A stretch of DNA of 16,419 bases from Candidatus Oleincola secundus. Lineage in GTDB: Bacteria > Atribacterota > Phoenicimicrobiia > Phoenicimicrobiales > Stramentimicrobiaceae. The notes under the pieces were generated by a model. It was given only the letters and a program-made list of their open reading frames with translations. It did not search any database and was not told the origin of the DNA. Where the stretch lies: positions 1-16,419 of the forward strand of contig JAGYLS010000039.1 in assembly GCA_018400815.1 (NCBI GenBank). The letters are read 5' to 3'. Both the position numbers and the translations under genes were made by a program. The number at the start of each line of letters is the position of its first letter. The stretch's first letter is position 1. This document shows, piece by piece, positions 15,059 through 16,419 of the stretch.

Positions 15059-15260
15059 TTTTCAGCCTTTCATAAAGATTTTCAAGCAAATTTAGTGTTT
15101 TTTGTGTGCATTCCGCTTTTGTCCTGCCCGATATAGTAGCAATATAATCAACACGTTCTCCGCCATCTGTTTGAATTGTTTTGTAGGCCGGAATCTCTAA
15201 CCCCTTTTTGTCAACGAGACGCCAAGGATTGACAGTATAGTCTTTTTTTATTATTTTCAT
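15051..15260 (-). CDS. Hypothetical protein (69 aa)
   Basis: Start reassigned to ATG 15260 (MKIIKKDYTVNPWRLVD...), which removes a 173-nt overlap with the upstream gene. Confidence 0.65.
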   Translation of the reverse strand: MKIIKKDYTVNPWRLVDKKGLEIPAYKTIQTDGGERVDYIATISGRTKAECTQKTLNLLENLYERLKNE

Positions 15261-15264
15261 TTTT

Positions 15265-15582
15265 TCAGCCTTTCCCAACTGTAAACTCATAATCGCAATA
15301 CCAGCACGTCCAATACTCAAAATAGTCGTTATCGACCCATTGAAACCTCGTTGTATACCGTGATCCGCACAACGGACAGTAAACGATCGGCTTTCCGTAA
15401 ACGCAGAAATCATCATATCGACACGTTTTATGGCCACCGTTCAATGCCATGATATGTGTGTTTTTGCACACACCCTCAAACCTGCTATGAAATGCCGGAT
15501 ATCGCCAATACCGGCATTCCCAGCACTCGATGAAATCCGTGCCTTTTGCTCTTGCAGTTGCTATATCGTCCCAAAAATCCAT
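15265..15582 (-). CDS. Cys-rich Zn-binding protein
   Basis: CWEC, CPLC, CWYC plus extra Cys; SD AGGAGG. Confidence 0.75.
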   Translation of the reverse strand: MDFWDDIATARAKGTDFIECWECRYWRYPAFHSRFEGVCKNTHIMALNGGHKTCRYDDFCVYGKPIVYCPLCGSRYTTRFQWVDNDYFEYWTCWYCDYEFTVGKG

Positions 15583-15768
15583 CAAACCTCCTTGTTTAAA
15601 TAATCCTTTAAAACTTTAATTTCATCGACCAATAAATACACACCTCCACGGAGCTTTAATTCAATATCGCCAAATAGGGTAACGGTCTTTAATGATTTGG
15701 GATTTTCAGGGCCAACAAATCCCAAGCCGGTTGCAGGCTTCAAGAGTCTTCTCTGTATCTTCTTTCAA
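15582..15768 (-). CDS. Small hypothetical gene, possibly expressed via +1 shift at CCC-TGA
   Basis: TTG 15768 frame ends CCC TGA (15711-15706); the +1 frame runs ENPKSLKTVTLFGDIELKLRGGVYLLVDEIKVLKDYLNKEV* to 15582. Confidence 0.4.
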
Positions 15769-16001
15769 GGGCCGGTTATTTTGCGTCTTTCGCATTCCTC
15801 TTTGAGCTCTAAATTTAGTTGGTCCAATTCTGCCGCACTTGGCTGTGAAATAAATGTACCCTCCCATAATCTTTTTCTTGGGTAGGTTGTTAAGTTCCCA
15901 ACCCGTTTTTTCGCTACCTCTTCGATAACTGGCTGGTTGCAGTCACATTCCTCATCACCACACCACCAAATATATGCTTCTATTTTTGGATATTCACTCA
16001 T
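15765..16001 (-). CDS. Hypothetical protein with CxxxxCxC motif
   Basis: Start reassigned to ATG 16001 (MSEYPKIEAYIWWCGDEECDCNQP) to avoid overlap with the upstream gene. Confidence 0.65.
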   Translation of the reverse strand: MSEYPKIEAYIWWCGDEECDCNQPVIEEVAKKRVGNLTTYPRKRLWEGTFISQPSAAELDQLNLELKEECERRKITGP

Positions 16002-16017
16002 AGTAAAACCATTCCGA

Positions 16018-16320
16018 CTACACCTTTGAAGTGGTCTGGTTAGGAGAAAGTAGTGCGAAAAACCGGTCTGCTTCTTTTCGATCACTTTCTTTCTCTTCTT
16101 CAGGGAGATCGGTATAAGACGTTTTCATTTGTCGCCGCCAACGCTTAACAGCCCACCCCGGAATAACAAGGTTTCCCGTTTCTCTATCGAATTGACCAAC
16201 CTCTGCAAAACATTTGGAAAATAGATATTCCATCCATCCAGACCACTGTTTATGGCACAAGTCAGCCACCCTTTCCCTTATACATATATCACAAGCACAA
16301 AACCCTTTTGGTTCTGTCAT
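16018..16320 (-). CDS. Conserved hypothetical phage protein
   Basis: 'HKQWSGWMEYLFSKC...RWRRQMKTSYTDLPEEEKESDRKEADR' pattern, familiar from phage accessory proteins; SD AGGA. Confidence 0.75.
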   Translation of the reverse strand: MTEPKGFCACDICIRERVADLCHKQWSGWMEYLFSKCFAEVGQFDRETGNLVIPGWAVKRWRRQMKTSYTDLPEEEKESDRKEADRFFALLSPNQTTSKV

Positions 16321-16419
16321 GGTTTCCTAGTTTACAAAACCTAACTAAATCGTTCAGGTCTTGAAGGATGCCTTTCATCACCCTTGAAAATTAAACTTTC
16401 ACGTCCCTGACTAGTTGTA

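Noticed and set aside
14775..15274. CRISPR-like or attC-like array
   Set aside because: Repeats are 16-18 nt, non-palindromic, irregularly spaced by whole ORFs, with no cas or integron integrase visible.
11851..15885. + strand ORFs 11851-12051, 11897-12196, 12812-13156, 14135-14365, 15697-15885
   Set aside because: All overlap better-supported minus-strand genes and lack RBS or recognisable motifs.

Overview
AT-rich fragment of a tailed dsDNA bacteriophage or prophage; sigma70-like promoters and Shine-Dalgarno (SD) sites point to a bacterial host. Every credible gene is on the minus strand. In transcription order (right to left) it holds small accessory genes (16.3-12.0 kb), an archaeal-type/short thymidylate synthase, two Zn-ribbon proteins, an ~814-bp IS200/IS605-family IscB (OMEGA) element, the terminase large subunit (TerL), a replication block (degenerate DnaC-like protein, DnaB helicase, terminator-insulated wHTH initiator with internal palindromic iterons) and the head module (XkdF-type protease, scaffold, major capsid protein, a truncated structural gene). 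Highlights: (1) the IscB element keeps its omegaRNA and both end hairpins but encodes an in-frame-deleted, nuclease-less 181-aa mini-IscB, and it sits exactly at the terL start, where removal restores an ATGA stop/start overlap; (2) the prohead protease appears split, with its VSLVxxAAN strand at the N-terminus of the scaffold; (3) the initiator has a plasmid-like control region with a candidate antisense RNA; (4) an identical 17-bp palindrome occurs 10 kb apart; (5) a junction motif is repeated between small accessory genes. All family calls come from motif recognition by eye, not database searches.
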